A DNA stretch of 64,000 nt from Phallusia mammillata (Eukaryota): the NCBI GenBank assembly GCA_965637545.1, contig OZ281497.1:5952001-6016000 (forward strand). The letters are read 5' to 3'. A model generated the notes under the pieces. It was given only the letters and a program-made list of their open reading frames with translations, was not told the DNA's origin and did no database searches. The position numbers were made by a program, and so were the translations under genes. Numbering within the stretch: position 1 is the stretch's first letter; the number at the start of each line of letters is the position of its first letter. Positions 35,436 to 63,400 of this stretch are shown here, piece after piece.

Positions 35436-36354
35436 GTGATAAGCAATTTAAGTGCTCTGGCAACATACGATATTATCGACAAATCTTTTATTCAATAAAG
35501 ATTGGTGTTTGTTTTACTTGTGGGCAAGTCCGCAAGATTTTTTGTGAATTTTTGTTCACCAACTTCAACAAATGGTAAACATACGATAATATTCGACAAG
35601 TCTTACTGTCGAATATTCAGTTGCGTCCCGAAACCGTTTCGTTTTTCCGAAACCCCCTTTTTCCCTTCGTGCTGGCCTAAAGCTTTGGGGTTTACCAAGT
35701 TAAATGTGTCAGGACAGTTACGCATCGTTTAACTTTGAGCTGCGCGTTTTTGCTGCATTTGCGTCTGGTCTAGAAAAGATGCACGTGTACGGACTGCAAT
35801 AGAGCGTGAACTTACTGTGATACATTTGATACAGCGCTACCAAGTTTCTGGCTTGAAAATTCCTGTCAGTTACTTTAGTTGTTTACTTTCTACACTTGCA
35901 CGCCAGACAACTGAAAGATATATTTGATGGTTTGAGTCGCTAAATCTATTGTAAACAACTTATGAATTTTAAACAGACTGAAACTCAAGCAGGTAAAAAG
36001 TTGTGAATCAGTAAATACAAAATCTATGGATCCAAAAAAGATAGCAAGTGCCAAACTAAAACGACGTAATACATAAAATCAGCACTCCAACATTTTCTAT
36101 TGGAAGACCATTACATACATTAAATAATAATTATCTCTGTTTTTTGTTTCTGATAAAGATTATATTGCCAAGACATGGCAAATCTTCATATTACTCAGGC
36201 AGAACAATAGGTGCAAACGAGAGGAAATTCTCCTTGTTGTTTGTCTTTATTTGCGCTTAACCTTAGGTGTTTTCGTAGCGTTGTGACATGCTTTCGTTTC
36301 ATTCTTTTTACCTTTGTTTATTGTGCACTGTTCTAGTCGCATTCAGTGTTATTT

Positions 36355-36397
36355 GCCCTGATGAAGACGACCTGTATAGAACGTCGAAACGTCGGAC
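36355..36397 (+). ncRNA. Minimal hammerhead-ribozyme-like motif (Penelope-type), degenerate stem I
   Basis: CTGATGA-A-GACG...CGTC-GAAA-CGTC-GG; lies in a ~150-bp intronic segment absent from B. Confidence 0.55.
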
Positions 36398-36455
36398 TAA
36401 AAATGCATGTGAGACAAGAGCACTATAAACTTGATTGTTTTCGATTGTTTTTCAG

Positions 36456-49269
<12,814 letters not shown>

Positions 49270-49978
49270 GTATATATATATATATATAAAGCAGAAAAAG
49301 TTGCATGAATACATACACCAGGGGTCGGCAACCTTTTCTACAACGGGAGCCGAAAATAATATCAGCAAATTGCGACGGACTGGATTAATTTTCACTATTA
49401 ATTCTGGTTATATCATTTTTCATTTGTTGTGTAACTATAAATTTAAACCAAACTTCAAGCAGTAAAACTGCATTAATGACAATCTTTTCAAAACCGGTAT
49501 GGCAACACTTGAAACATTGCTGAAATGACGATATTTGCGTTCACACGTGTGTAAAGTTGTCTGTAAGATAAAAGCTGGCGATTATAACAGAGCAAAAATA
49601 GTATTATTCCACACAAGTACAGAGATAAAGCGAAGAAAAAAAGCGTTGTTTTCACCTACAATTGTTTTTGTTAGTAGAAACTTATCTGAGAAGCCCAGAT
49701 CGCTGTTGGTTCACGCGTTCGGTTTAGTCCGAATCAGGAGCTGCATGCTATTTGTCGTCATAGTATAGTCATGAGGAGCAAACCGTAAAAAGTGACGTAT
49801 TTTCGCGTAATAGGGGCTCGCATTTAACCTTTAGAGTAAAAATTTTCCGACAAACGTTGGAAAAAGGGGTTATTTCTACGTTGGCGCTCAAAATTTTCCA
49901 CAACTGATATTGTGGCTCATTGCAGTGCAGTGTCTGCAGTTCAAAGCAGTCAGTACGCAAACTAATTTTTATGCAACG

Positions 49979-50071
49979 ATGTTGAATTTGTGATGTGTTT
50001 GGCTTGTTGTCTTGGAATAACACAAGCACAAACAGATTTGGTTAATACAACACATAACCTACTAAATACCC
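49979..50071 (+). pseudogene. Frameshifted duplicate of the signal-peptide exon (unit C2)
   Basis: 93 bp; ATG TTG AAT TTG TGA (one T lost from the run in B's AATTTTGTA). A downstream in-frame ATG would leave only MCLACCLGITQA as leader. The deletion is in a homopolymer, so a base-calling error is possible. Confidence 0.7.
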
Positions 50072-51374
50072 GTAAGTGAACTAAAAACTAGTTGCTTTGA
50101 ACTTTATATAGGCGACTGTGCCTTGCGATATTAACGAGAAATATCTCATACTAAATTAAGTAACAATTGGTGGTAATAATGACAATGCACATACAGTTAT
50201 GGTTGCAAGTGTACATGTTAAATTTGAGGATAATTGCAGGTACAAAATGCTTGTTTTGGAAACAAGTCTTATATTTTGCAATGATAGTGATTAGAGAAAG
50301 CAAGTTTCAATAACATTTATTGAAAATTTGAGCCAAATAGTTAGTGTTGTCAAACGAACTGCATTTGTAATCGTTATATTGCTTCTGCAACATCCAATTC
50401 CGTCATATTTTGACATGATTGGATATCTATCGTTTAATCATTAAATATGTTTAGTGTGATAAGGAATTTAAGTGCTCTGGCAACATACGATAATATCGAC
50501 AAGTCTTTTATTCAAAAAAGATTGGTGTTTGTTTTACTTGTTGGCAAGTCCGCAAGATTTTTTGTGAATTTTTGTTCACCAACTTCAACAAATGGTAAAC
50601 ATACGATAATATTCGACAAGTCTTACTGTCGAATATTCAGTTGCGTCCCGAAACCGTTTCGTTTTTCCGAAACCCCCTTTTTCCCTTCGTGCTGGCTTAA
50701 AGCTTTGGGGTTTACCAAGTTAAATGTGTCAGGACAGTTACGCATCGTTTAACTTTGAGCTGCGCGTTTTTGCTGCATTTGCGTCTGGTCTGGAAAAGAT
50801 GCACGTGTACGGACTGCAATAGAGCGTGAACTTACTGTGATACATTTGATACAGCGCTACCAAGTTTCTGGCTTGAAAATTCCTGTCAGTTACTTTAGTT
50901 GTTTACTTTCTACACTTGCACGCCAGACAACTGAAAGATATATTTGATGGTTTGAGTCGCTAAATCTATTGTAAACAACTTATGAATTTTAAACAGACTG
51001 AAACTCAAGCAGGTAAAAAGTTGTGAATCAGTAAATACAAAATCTATGGATCCAAAAAAGATAGCAAGTGCCAAACTAAAACGACGTAATACATAAAATC
51101 AGCACTCCAACATTTTCTATTGGAAGACCATTACATACATTAAATAATAATTATCTCTGTTTTTTGTTTCTGATAAAGATTATATTGCCAAGACATGGCA
51201 AATCTTCATATTACTCAGGCAGAACAATAGGTGCAAACGAGAGGAAATTCTCCTTGTTGTTTGTCTTTATTTGCGCTTAACCTTAGGTGTTTTCGTAGCG
51301 TTGTGACATGCTTTCGTTTCATTCTTTTTACCTTTGTTTATTGTGCACTGTTCTAGTCGCATTCAGTGTTATTT

Positions 51375-51417
51375 GCCCTGATGAAGACGACCTGTATAGG
51401 ACGTCGAAACGTCGGAC
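51375..51417 (+). ncRNA. Minimal hammerhead-ribozyme-like motif, C2 copy
   Basis: CTGATGA-A-GACGACCT-gtat-AGGACGTC-GAAA-CGTC-GG; stem II pairs 7 of 8; stem I only ~2 bp. Confidence 0.55.
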
Positions 51418-51475
51418 TAAAAATGCATGTGAGACAAGAGCACTATAAACTTGATTGTTTTCGATTGTTTTTCAG

Positions 51476-54400
51476 AAAACTATTGCGTTGAACCATTTCT
51501 TCAAAACTCCACCACTGGTTTCATTACATCCCCATTGTACCCGCAGACTTATCCTCGTGGTCTTAATTGTGAATGGAGAATTGAAGTTCCCAGCGATAAG
51601 GTTTAGTGTTTGATTGTCGTTGTTACTTTATTGCATTGTGTTTCGAAGATTGGTTGTTGCATTTACTAAAATCCCGTTTTTGTTGTAAAGCTGTCAAAAA
51701 GATTTTAGATTGATCTGTTTTGAAATTTGTAACAGCTGATAATATGAGCTAGTGAAACTAGAAGAAAACTTTTTAAACTACCTATAAGACAACGTAAGCG
51801 AATTACTATAATGTTAAGATAACGTGGCTCACACAAAACAATATTTGCTATGACAATAACTCATGGTGCTGTTTGTTGTCTCTCAGGTCATTCACGTTAC
51901 CTTCAGTGATCTTGATATTTACGAATCGAGCGTTTGCTCTCAGGACTACTTACAAGTCCTGGATGGTGTAGAAATGGTAATGTTTTTATTAAGCTGATCT
52001 AACATGCAATACTATAAATACAGTAAACCTCTGGGCCCCTCTATTTTGTCCGAATTAGGCAAAGATCTGGATTAACCGATCCCCTTTAACCGACGTTTAC
52101 TGTACTTAATATGCAACGCTAGTCTGATGGTTGCTTTGTTAAACTTGCCAACAAGACAGTGTGTAATTCGAGTTAATAATTTTCTGTTAATACTTGCTAA
52201 GCGACGTTTGTTTTTCGCAGTACACTGGCAGAAAGTTCTGTGGAACAACAAGCCCTAAAAACTTCACAGCTTTCAACAATACAGTCACCGTTCACTTTGT
52301 ATCGACCACTTACAACATTTACAGCGAGTATCGTGGTTTTAACATCTCCTGGCATACAACGGGTAAGAGCTAACGTACTTTTAATGTAAAACTTGCAGTA
52401 ACGTTGACATAGTAAAGTTTGTAATATTGGTAATATTACTGTTTTCAAGAAGACAAATCTTTTTTTAAAGAAAAATTTAACAAGAAGTTTTGCTCAACTG
52501 CTTGTTAGGCAAATTGTTTACATGTAAATGTGTTGGTATCGCAACCAAGTTGGCAGTGATCTTTGTTTTTTAGACCGCTGTAGCCTGGATGAGTACACTT
52601 GCTGGAACGGTACTTGCATTCCTGAAACAAAACACTGCGACTTGGTGAACGATTGTACGGACAACAGTGACGAAATTGAATGCGGTAAGCATTTCAACAA
52701 AATCACTCCGTTCTCTGACCGTCAAACGCGGGTGATATAACGTATAATAATATAGTAGAGATTGCTTAGGTTCTTTCTGTTACAGCAAAGCTGTACAATA
52801 GTTTACAAACTGTAGCGTACTTGCAATATTATACATTCGCTTAACTTATTGATTCTTGCAGCAAGAAGTTGCTACAAATTTGTCTGTACACAGTGTCGGT
52901 TTTGTTTGTCTTTTACTCCAACCTATGATATTGTTACCATAAGACATGTTTGCTTGTTTATTTTCAGCGCACGCCTCCACGAACTTGTCTGAATGCGGAA
53001 AACCATCGATAGCTCCTCATTTTACTTGGGTAAGTTTTGGTCTTCGGAACATCAAATAGGCCTTTATGTCCTGTTGGAATGCAAGCAGCTGTTATTTTAA
53101 TAAAAGCTAATATAGACAAAAACACTATACACGGACTTAAAAAGTAATTTGATCAAAAAAATTACTGCCAAAGTACTGGTGTAGGCTATATGGAATACAT
53201 CGTTCAGACGTTTCGACAAACCTGCACTGACGATGACAACACAGTTTGTCGAAACGTCTGAAAGATGTATTCCATATACACCAGCACCTTGGCAGAAACG
53301 TTTTTGATCAAATGAGTTATACCTCCATGATAACTGCGAGAGGCCACGCTGAAAAGTTTATCACATGTCAGTTAAATTTGTAAAACTTGAATTTGAATCT
53401 CGCTGTTGCACCCATGGCTTTTGTCAAATGTGCTGAAATGAGTTGTAAGAAAATTAAAATGTTTAACGAATCGAAGCCAAATAACACCGCAAGTTACTGT
53501 TCACTAACCAGCACATGGTTACTTCTTTAAACCTAACTTCCATTTTAATTTAGGACCCTCGTATTGTCGGTGGCAATGAAGCCAAACCCGGCAGCTGGCC
53601 TTGGCAGGTTGCATTAGCATCCTATCCTGGTGGCACATCGTTTTGTGGAGGTTCCATCATCAATGAAAGATGGGTGGTGACAGCTGCACATTGCGTCGAT
53701 TTTTTATATTTAAGGTGAACCTTTTATCTATCCTGTTGATTAGACATTCTGTCCACGTCCGAAGGTGTACTTTATCAGAATTTGGGCTTTGTTTCACTGT
53801 AAGCATGTTCGCGAGTTTTCATGGCCTTTTCCATTCATCAAATTACAATAATTTAACACAAAAACTGCCGCCATTTTACTGTCTGTCTGTTTACTGCCTT
53901 TTTATGCATCAACATGAGGGTTCGAGGTTATTATCCGCAAGCTTGTCAGTTGTTTATTTTGGTGTCAGTCCCGTTTGCCTTTCTAAACTTTGTTTAATTT
54001 TCAAGTCTTTTGATTAACTATTCTTATGCTTTTAATACTTAGTGTGTACGTTATTGCTGGACGCCACGAAGCTTTTGGTTCCGTTGACGAAGTTGCGATA
54101 GAAGTCGACTATATAGCGATTCATCCAAATGGATCGTAAGTTGGTGGACAGTTCTGTTTTGTGTAACAAAATAAACGTATGCATAACCATTTGAAAACAT
54201 ATTGTTAAACTATTTCACAGTTCAAAAAATTAAACAAGTAAACGTATGCAACTTTCCACAGTCTTTGTTATTCAGTGTTGGCAAGCATTTTTATAATGCA
54301 TCGCCATCAGTTCCTGTTCATAACTTTGCCCTGTTCAAAAGTAATTGGATGGTATATATTCTGTTCGGATTGCCAAATAAATCATACTTTTTTACAGAAA

Positions 54401-57400
54401 CTTTCGTCTTGGTGCTGACATTGCTTTATTAAAGCTAAGCTCGTCGCTAAACTTTAGCGACACCATACGACCAATTTGTGTGCCAACACATACTTCTGAT
54501 TTCTATGTTAAAGCGGGAACAACATGCGTGTCCACAGGATGGGGAGATTTAGGTAAAATAGCAATTTACTTTAAATTGCTAATACGTTTACACTATATAG
54601 ATTGTAGAACTTCTTTCAAAAACGTACTTCCATATCTGATTTTTAACCTAAAAGTCTGATGCTATAGGACCTATAGATGGGGTTGTTGAGTTGTACTCAA
54701 AATCTTTTTTAACAGAATGGTTTGGTTCAAATTCGGACGCATTGTACCAAGTCAGGCTTCCAATAGTGGGCAACGAGGAATGCAATCAATTGTACAACAC
54801 GATTGGAGGAACCGTTCACGAAAGCAACATATGTGCTGGTGATGTAAAAGATGGGGGAGTTGGTCCTTGTCAGGTAAAGTTGTAGGATTAAAAATGAAAA
54901 ACGCCCTGTTGTTGTCAGCCATGCTATATTGACAGTACCAGCGAAAGTAAAGAAGTACGTTTCACGTCTTTGACCGTTTTACGATGCCTAACATTTTACC
55001 GTTGCGCAGTTATTTCTGGCTTGGCGATTGTTCAGTGCAATGGTGCGTCTAGGTATAATTCACCATGTTACCTCAACTCAACCCTTTCATCGCCCTTGCA
55101 CCAGTTGTTGCGATCACCCCGTTTTGGTATTGAACAAAACAAAAGCTATATTCTAAATAATTTGTTGTCTTTTATTATTTTGCCTACTAGAGTCAAATCG
55201 TTAGTTTATGTAAACTAAGTCTATTATATTAACAATTTCTTGTCAATAGATGTGACTGTTATGTACAATCAATGCATGTTTTTGAAATCTCGTATTTTTA
55301 GGGCGACTCAGGGGGTCCACTGACCTGTTACATTGGAAACACATGGTATTTAATGGGAGTAACATCATGGGGTTATCAATGCGGAACAAATTTTCCTGGA
55401 GTGTATGTAAGAGTTCCTTGGTTCCATGACTGGATACGGGAAGGTAAAATAAATGTAACCAACTTATGAAAACAAGGGGCCCATTGCAAACCGTTTGCTG
55501 AATTAATAAGAGTTTAGTCATAGGCCAGGAAGTCATTTCTGACCTGTTCCTTTGTCCAATAAATAGTATTACAATTTTGTGATGAATAAAATGATGTTTT
55601 TTCGTCTTTTACCAATTTCTTTTTCTTTACAGCTCAAGTTTTTTATGAAAATTATGGTGAGTAGAACCACATTTAGTGTTAGTTTGAAATTTTTGTGAAA
55701 CATTTTTAGATGATTTTAACGAACTTTTTGACAGCAAACTGTGGTGGGCCCATAATATTAACTGATGAAAACGGCAACTTCTCTTCACTTTTCATTGAAG
55801 GGTTCACTCTTCCCAGTAGCGTTTGTAAGTGGACAATTCTGGCTCCCGCAAACTCAGTAAGTTTATGAGCAAGTAAAACCCTAACAGCAAGTGTGTTAAC
55901 GTAAACAAAGCGCAAACTAGAGCCCATATATGCCTTACCATGTCTAGCTATTTGTTTTAATATGCAAATTACCTATTTTGATGTGATTTACACAAATTTC
56001 CGACTTTATTTACAGCTGATCGAAGTTCGGTTTCTTGACAACTCCATTCCTGCGCGATGCATTTCAACGAGCTTGGCAATTTACGAGGGGGAAAACCTTG
56101 TAAGTGTTATTTTTTCAGTTTCAAATCAAAAACATTTTTAAACACTAGTCGTGCAGTAAGAATACATTTCTGTATAGGCCCGATAATAAATATTAAACAC
56201 ATTAATTTCTAGTCAGGGGCGGCATTATGAACACTTCCTCGCTCGCTAACTTAACGAGCTCGCTAAAATATTTTTTAGCGAGGACTTAACGAGCGAGAAA
56301 CTCGCTAACGTATTTGGTATTACGAAGTGTCCTCGCAAACGCCTCGCTAAAGCCTGACGCAAAAACGAGAGAATGCGTCAAAATCGTGAGAAAAAAGACG
56401 TCTGACTCAGCAAAATCAGGAAGTCGCGCTATGCGACATCTTGTGGAAGGTAGTTTTTGTTAGCAGTTGAGCTTCACGTGGACATTGGCGGCATTGTTTT
56501 GGAAGTTTTACGCCGAATTATTTTATTCTTGTGTTTAGTCATTGTGTAAGGTTTAGTTTTTTTTGAAAAGTAAATAGATTATGGATACAAAGACCAATAA
56601 AATTGTAAAAAAGCGATCTCCAAGACGGACAGCTGTTGAAGTAGAAGCATTAGTTAATGCAGTGGAAAAACATGCAAAATGCATTCTGGGTTCATTTTCA
56701 CCAGAAATTACAGTTGCTTCAAAACAACAAGCATGGAAAATAGTGACAACTATGGTAAGATTTGTGCCCAATATTTTTTTTATTACTGCTGTACATAGCT
56801 TATGATATTTTATAGGTTAATTCAGTCAATATCAGTGGTGTTAATCGCACAATTGAGCAAGTGGAACATAAGTGGTGGGATCTAAAAAGTGTTGCAAAAA
56901 AATCAGTGTCGGAATGGAAAAAAGAATCAACAAAAACTGGTGGTGGTGTGAACAAAGCTACACCACCTTCAGATGTTCATTATCAAGTCATTAACATAAT
57001 TGGACAACAGGCAGTGTATAGATGTTAGAAATGGTTCATACACTTGTAATGCTTAATTTTTTGTGTAGGAAGTGTTTCCCAGGTTGCCACTACAAGCCAA
57101 GCACCACAAGATGTGGAAGAACCGGTGGCATTCACATGTTCGACTATAGACGACAGTCTTTTTGAAAATTATTGAAGAACCAGTGAGCCCTGCATCGTCA
57201 CACTCCGAAGCATCATTACAACCCAAAGCAAAGCGCCGCCGTCGTGATCCAGAAAAGGACATAGTTGACATACAAAAAGAAATTTATGTCCAAATATCAA
57301 ACATAGCTTTAATTCAACAGCAACAGTTGGAACAAATGATAATAGCAAATGATTTGAAGCGACAAAAGTTGCAGTTGTCTGAAACCAGTAAAGTTGAATT

Positions 57401-60400
57401 AACCTGCAGTCAACCCTTTACAGTTGATGGTTAGATTTAATATGCATTTTTAACAGTATGCTTTTTTCTGCATGTGTTTTTCAATTTTCTGTTATTTACT
57501 GCTTCCACTGCTGGTTAAAGGCCCCAATCTGTGCAAGCCTGTCAAGGTTTTATTCATTCTTGTTCACTGTTTTTAATTGACCTACTTCATTAGTTTCCTA
57601 TTCTTCACTGTTATTCTTACCTACCTTATGACTTTCATATTCGTTCAGTGTTCTGTTACCTATTTTTCAAGTTCATTTCTGTGTTGCTGTGTTGCCACTT
57701 TTTGCAATAAACAACCACAAAAAAACATTTCACAAACATCTTTATTGGAATGTGGAAATAATCGAATCTCTCACAGTACTACCTTGCAAGTCATGAATTT
57801 CATTTGTTGTGGTGGTGTCTAAAAGCGTATCTATGTCAGCATGTGCTGGCAGTGGTTGAGGCAGTGGCACATTGTAAAGGCGACAAATATTGTGCAGAAT
57901 GAAACAACACATTGTAATTTTACAAACTTGTAGTGGTGAATAACATAACCTTCCTCCTGTGTGATCAATAACTCTCCATCTCTGTTTTAAAACACCAAAT
58001 GCTCTAAACAACAAAGCTTTATTATCATTTATGTTCACATTAACAGATGCAGGACCAATGTAACTTACTTCTCTACTGTTGACCGTGTTTGTTTGTGAGC
58101 CTTATTATACTTCTGTTGTGAAGGGGTACTTGGGTGGCTAAGAGGTGTCATTAACCAAGGTTTTAATGGATAACCACTGTCACCTAGCAAAATGTCATCA
58201 TAATATTTTCCATCCTCAAAATCCTGGTATACATTTGATTGTCGAAGAATGAATGAATCATGACATGAGCCAGGCCACTTGCATACCACATCCAAAAACA
58301 CCATATTGGCGTCACATATAGCCTGCAAAAATAATTTAAAAATGAAACCAATATATAACAAGGGAAAAGTATACAACTTGCCTGCACATTGATGGAATGA
58401 TAAGCCTTTCTGTTAACAAAGAGATGTTCTTCTTCACTTGGTGCAGTTATGGGAATATGTGTTCCATCAATGGCACCTATGGCACCAGGAAACCGTGCAA
58501 TTGAGTAAAAATGTTGCTTTATCATTGTTGAAGACACCCTGTTTGGCATGTGGATAAATTGATGTCTTTTTGAAATCAAACTGTCCATAAATCGACTTAG
58601 TACCACACTAACAGTTGGTTGTGAAACATTAATATTGTCCTTGGCTGAATTTTGAAAGCTTCCCGATGCCAAAAGTTTTAGTGATATCAAAACTTGTTCT
58701 TCCTCTGTAAGACATCTTTTACTGGCACTTTTCGGTTTTAAATCTTCGTGCAAATGGTTGCACAAATCCATTATTACAGCTTTCGGCATTCGGTATTCTG
58801 AAATTAATTCTACGTCCGACATTTCTAGAGGATTTTGTCTGACCTTTTTTTGTTTATTTGAGCGTTTTACAGCAAAATAGGCAGCCATTATTATTTGCTG
58901 ACGCAGCTGTGCGGCTTTGTCCGGAATAATTCGGCGTTAGCGAGTGGTCTGAGCTCCTCGCTACTTAGCGAGGAGTTTAGCGAGGCCCGGTAAGCGAGAC
59001 GGGGGTTCGTAATACCAAATCTCAACTTAACGAGGTCGTGCGTCAATACCGAGCTCGCTAAACTTAGCGAGATGTGTTCGTAATGCCGCCCCAGATCTGT
59101 ATAATGCTTACAACATATTATTTGATATTCAGTACACTGATCGTGAGTATTGCGGGTCACACAACATACCAGATTTCATTTCATCAACAAACAATGTGAC
59201 GTTTGTGTTGCGAGGAGGTTATGAGTTTGGTTTTCAAGTTGCTTGGAAAATGGAAGGTCTCATTTATACGACTGTCTACATTGTCGCATGATTGTTTTTA
59301 CTTTTTCGAACTTACAGATTGGATCTTGTAGTTTTCTTATAGTAATCCATTGTCCGAAACACAATTTATCTTATTATCTGTAATTGCTCTTGTACACATT
59401 TGAATTGTGACAACAATCTAGTTTATTTTTAGAGAAATGTAGCAACAATAGCTTTGCATGTTGGGACGGATCTCAATGCATTTCTGAATCAGCGATGTGT
59501 GATGGAGTAAGGGATTGTGCGGATGATAGTGATGAAATTGAATGTCGTAAGCGATCATTAATATTATCTTGATTGGACAATCTTGAACACATAACTTAAA
59601 CAAAACAATTTATTTTTTTGTTGGATTCACTTACTAACCAAATCAGATAGACCAGAATACGATAAGTGTTGTGTGTCACTTTTGACGCGGTATTCTAAGA
59701 AGAGGCATAGTAATTTTTTATAGTGAGTGACACATTTGCATTTGTTTCAGCTCAGTTATCATCAAACTTCAGTGATTGTGGAAAAACCGATGTTGCCCCT
59801 GGTTTTACTTGGGTAAGGATGCTATTTCCAATATCAGGCCTTGACTTCCCGAAACTTAAATCTGTCTGTCGGCTTTAACGCATTTAGATTTCTTTAAATA
59901 CAAATATTGTTAATACAGATTTAAAACTTGTCAATTCTACAGAATCCTCGTATAGTTGGAGGAAGCAAACCAACCAACGTTTCATCCTGGCCTTGGCAAG
60001 CATCTATTTACCAATACCTCTATTATCATCTTTGTAGTGGTTCAATCATTGGCAATAAATGGGTTTTGACGTCTGCCAGCTGCCTTCTAGACAGGTATTA
60101 ATAATTTGTAAAAGTTACACATCAGATGACATTTGATCCTTGTCTATTGCTGGTAGGGCTAGTTCCAGTTTGTCTGTAAATGTGGAAGGAAACCCGTCTC
60201 AGAATGGAACCTTTCACGACGTGGTGTCGGTTGTTTTACATTACGCACATGGGAGCTCCTTTAGCGATGAGTACGATATCGCAATTGTGGAAGTCTCCCC
60301 GGCGTTTACATTCTCTTCGACACTTCGGCCAATCTGCCTCTCCATGAATAACACTGAGATTAAGATAGGAGAGACATGTATAGCAATAGGCACTGGACGG

Positions 60401-63400
60401 AGAAGTGGTAATAAAATTTCAAACATGTTTGATTGTTTTTTTTTCACGCATTCATAATGCAGGATTGTAGAGTGACTTTAAACCAAGAAAATATGTCAGC
60501 CAAGGTTGATTTAACAGAGCACTCGTTGTTCTTTTGACATGAAGAAACTTACGTTCAAATTTGTGATACATAAATATGTCAGTACGCCTGATTCGTAATG
60601 CCATTGAAACAATTAGTCGGCACCACTTTCTTGCATGGATTTGAAGTTCTTTTTGGGCATTTAGAACAAAAAACATTTTTGATTCGTTATTCAAGTCTTT
60701 AACTCAGTATTTCTCAACCTTTGGGTCACCAAAGCACTTTTGAGGGGGTCACGAAGTTGCAACCCTAGTCGAGGTGATTTAATCTGTATGATAAAAACTT
60801 TCTCTGTGACTACTGTTTAACATGATAAGTTACACGACCATTTGATTTAGAACAGGATTTGCGATTGTATCCTTCTATAGAAATATATAAGTGCGCTTTT
60901 GACTTTTTTTGGAAACAAAACCGCAAAACAGTGAACTTGTAGCTAGTAACATAAGTCATAACCACACTTTTAACGGTTTGTTGTGTGCAGAGAAGGCGGT
61001 TGCGTTGTAATTGAAAATGGGTCGCGTTGTGTTAGAAAACCTTCGTCGCATCAAGAAAAGGAGTTCGCATAAGAAAATGAGGTTGAGAATCACTGCTCTA
61101 ACTATTTCTGTTAATTCTGCAGGTGATTTTACGGGGCTAGATTATGAGCTCTACCAAGTTCGCCTTCCTATACTCGACTACGCAACTTGCAGTAACTACA
61201 CGTATTTCAATGAGGACGCACTGTTCTGCGCTGGTTACACTGACGGAAGAGAAAGCGGCACTTGTTACGTAAGTTTCCACAAACACAAGAGATTGAAAAA
61301 ACACTTTTTCGGACGTTTGATACGGCAAAATTTTTATAACTTATGTATCAGTATGTGTGCAGCCATTATTCTCTTGGAATTCAAATACAGCAGCAGTGCA
61401 TTTCAACGTGGCTCAGCTTGCCTGGTCTAAAGTTTTTCTATACTTCCTTATGATCTATATTAACCCTCAAAAATATGCCTAAATAGTGCAAAGGGGTACA
61501 AATAAGTGCTTTAGTTAATATTTCCTTGTCAAATCGCACCAGCCCTTATTACAACATTTCATAACGTTGCAGGGCGATGAAGGTGGACCACTGATGTGTT
61601 TGATTGACGAAAACACATGGACTCAAGTTGGTGTCGCCACACAAGCTACTACTTGTCAATCAGGAAGACCGAGTTTCTTTGTAAAAACGTCTTTTCACGC
61701 TGATTGGATTGCCGCCGGTAAGTAACTTCCAAGACATTAAGAAATATATGAAATCGCATTCAGCAGCAACGAATATACAACCGCTTGACTGTCGGTCACC
61801 AGCAAAACTCAGTTGCAACTTGTAAAGCAGTGTTTTTCAACGTGTTTTAAACCGCGGAACACTGCAAGCATCAAAGTAATCTTGCAGAACAATCAAGTCC
61901 AAATACACATAACAATAGATGGCGGAAATCGCGACAGGACATTAAAACTGGTGAAAGTGTAGAAATACTTTTATAAGAAAGCTATTTACCACCATAGTGA
62001 AAAATCCTGGTGATTTTCGACCGATGTTGGATGGTACACTAGTCAAACTAATAAATTTTTTGGGGACACTTGGCGTTCTTTTGTGGAACACTGGTGTCCG
62101 CGGAACAACGGTTGAAAATCATTGTTGCAAAGTATATCTTCGTTTCTTAACTTAAATGTTTAACTTAATTTCAGTGTTGGAAGGAGAACATAAAAACCTC
62201 GGTGAGCGTCGAGATTTTTTTTTGAATATATTATTTGATATGTTGGGTTTGCATACGACATTAATATCATTAAACCTAAAAACTGGGAAAAAAATTGGAT
62301 GAATTGCATAATGTAACAATATTTTTTGTTACATTTTGTTGGTTGTAAACTTCTGCTTGCCATAAAATGCCGCAGCCGTGTTTATTTTAAACGCAGCCAT
62401 AGATACAGTGGTTGTACATGGGTCAAATTTGTAAACAGTGTCTGAATCTGGTAACGTTGTTGTAGTTTGTAGATTTGTAGTTTGTAGAAAAATATATTCC
62501 GTTTCTTTCCAACTGTTTGTTTCACTCCAGAATCCCAACAAGTTAATCCTTTTGTTGCTGTTTTTTCAATTGTTAATCAATTGCTTAGTGTTTTTCCGTA
62601 TTATTGTGGGCAAGCTTTGCGGAAGTTAACAGGTGGAATATTTGTTGTCATAGTGAATAATAAACCTAATATCGAAAAAATATTGTATGTTTGTTGAAAC
62701 TACATATAAGTTAGTTTGGTTTTGGACTTGCTTTTTAGAATGTGGGGAGCAACATTTTACTTCTTCGTCTGGCAATCTTACGTCACCCGGTTACCCTGGA
62801 GATTATCGCAACAACTTGGATTGTGAATACACCATCACTATATCTTCTGGGATGGTAAGTGACAGTAAACCTGATTTACAAAAATGGTGTCCCAAGTACC
62901 CTAAAGACTAAAAAGTTGTATGCCAACATAAAATATTTCACTTTGCGTTCACTACAGCATGTTTGGTATATTCATGTAACACATTTTCTGTTTTTTCTGT
63001 AAATGAATTGTAACGACCTTTTCAAAAATTTGATGCACGTTATAACATGTATTGAGTCACATCGACATTTTTTTACTTTGGGTTTTCCAATTTGCTGTGA
63101 TTATCGTAACTGCTCTAAACAGTTTTGTGGTACTAAAAAGACTTTTAGCAGCCTATAGTAGACATATGCTTTAGATTTTTGTACGCTTATATATCTATAA
63201 TAAACCAATTTCTTGACATCAGTAATTTTAAAACAAAAAGGAAGGTATATGGCGGCCGTTGATGAAATAAAAAACTGCTATGCACCCGTTGTAGCAAAAA
63301 GATTGTGCACCCCTGCACTAGATAGTACATATCTATCATGATTTTTATTTACTAAAATCTATGTTCTGCCAAAGCAAACTTACTATGGTTCTACGAAAAT

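Larger units (their letters stand above)
56217..59091. mobile_element. Full-length PIF/Harbinger transposon, C2 copy (2,875 bp)
   Basis: Same TIRs, CAG TSD (56214-56216, 59092-59094) and intronic position as 41004-43878; only a few SNPs between the copies. Confidence 0.95.

Noticed and set aside
49271-49288. (TA)n expansion right after the Thr/Pro donor in C1
   Set aside because: Common microsatellite slippage; the GT donor is preserved.
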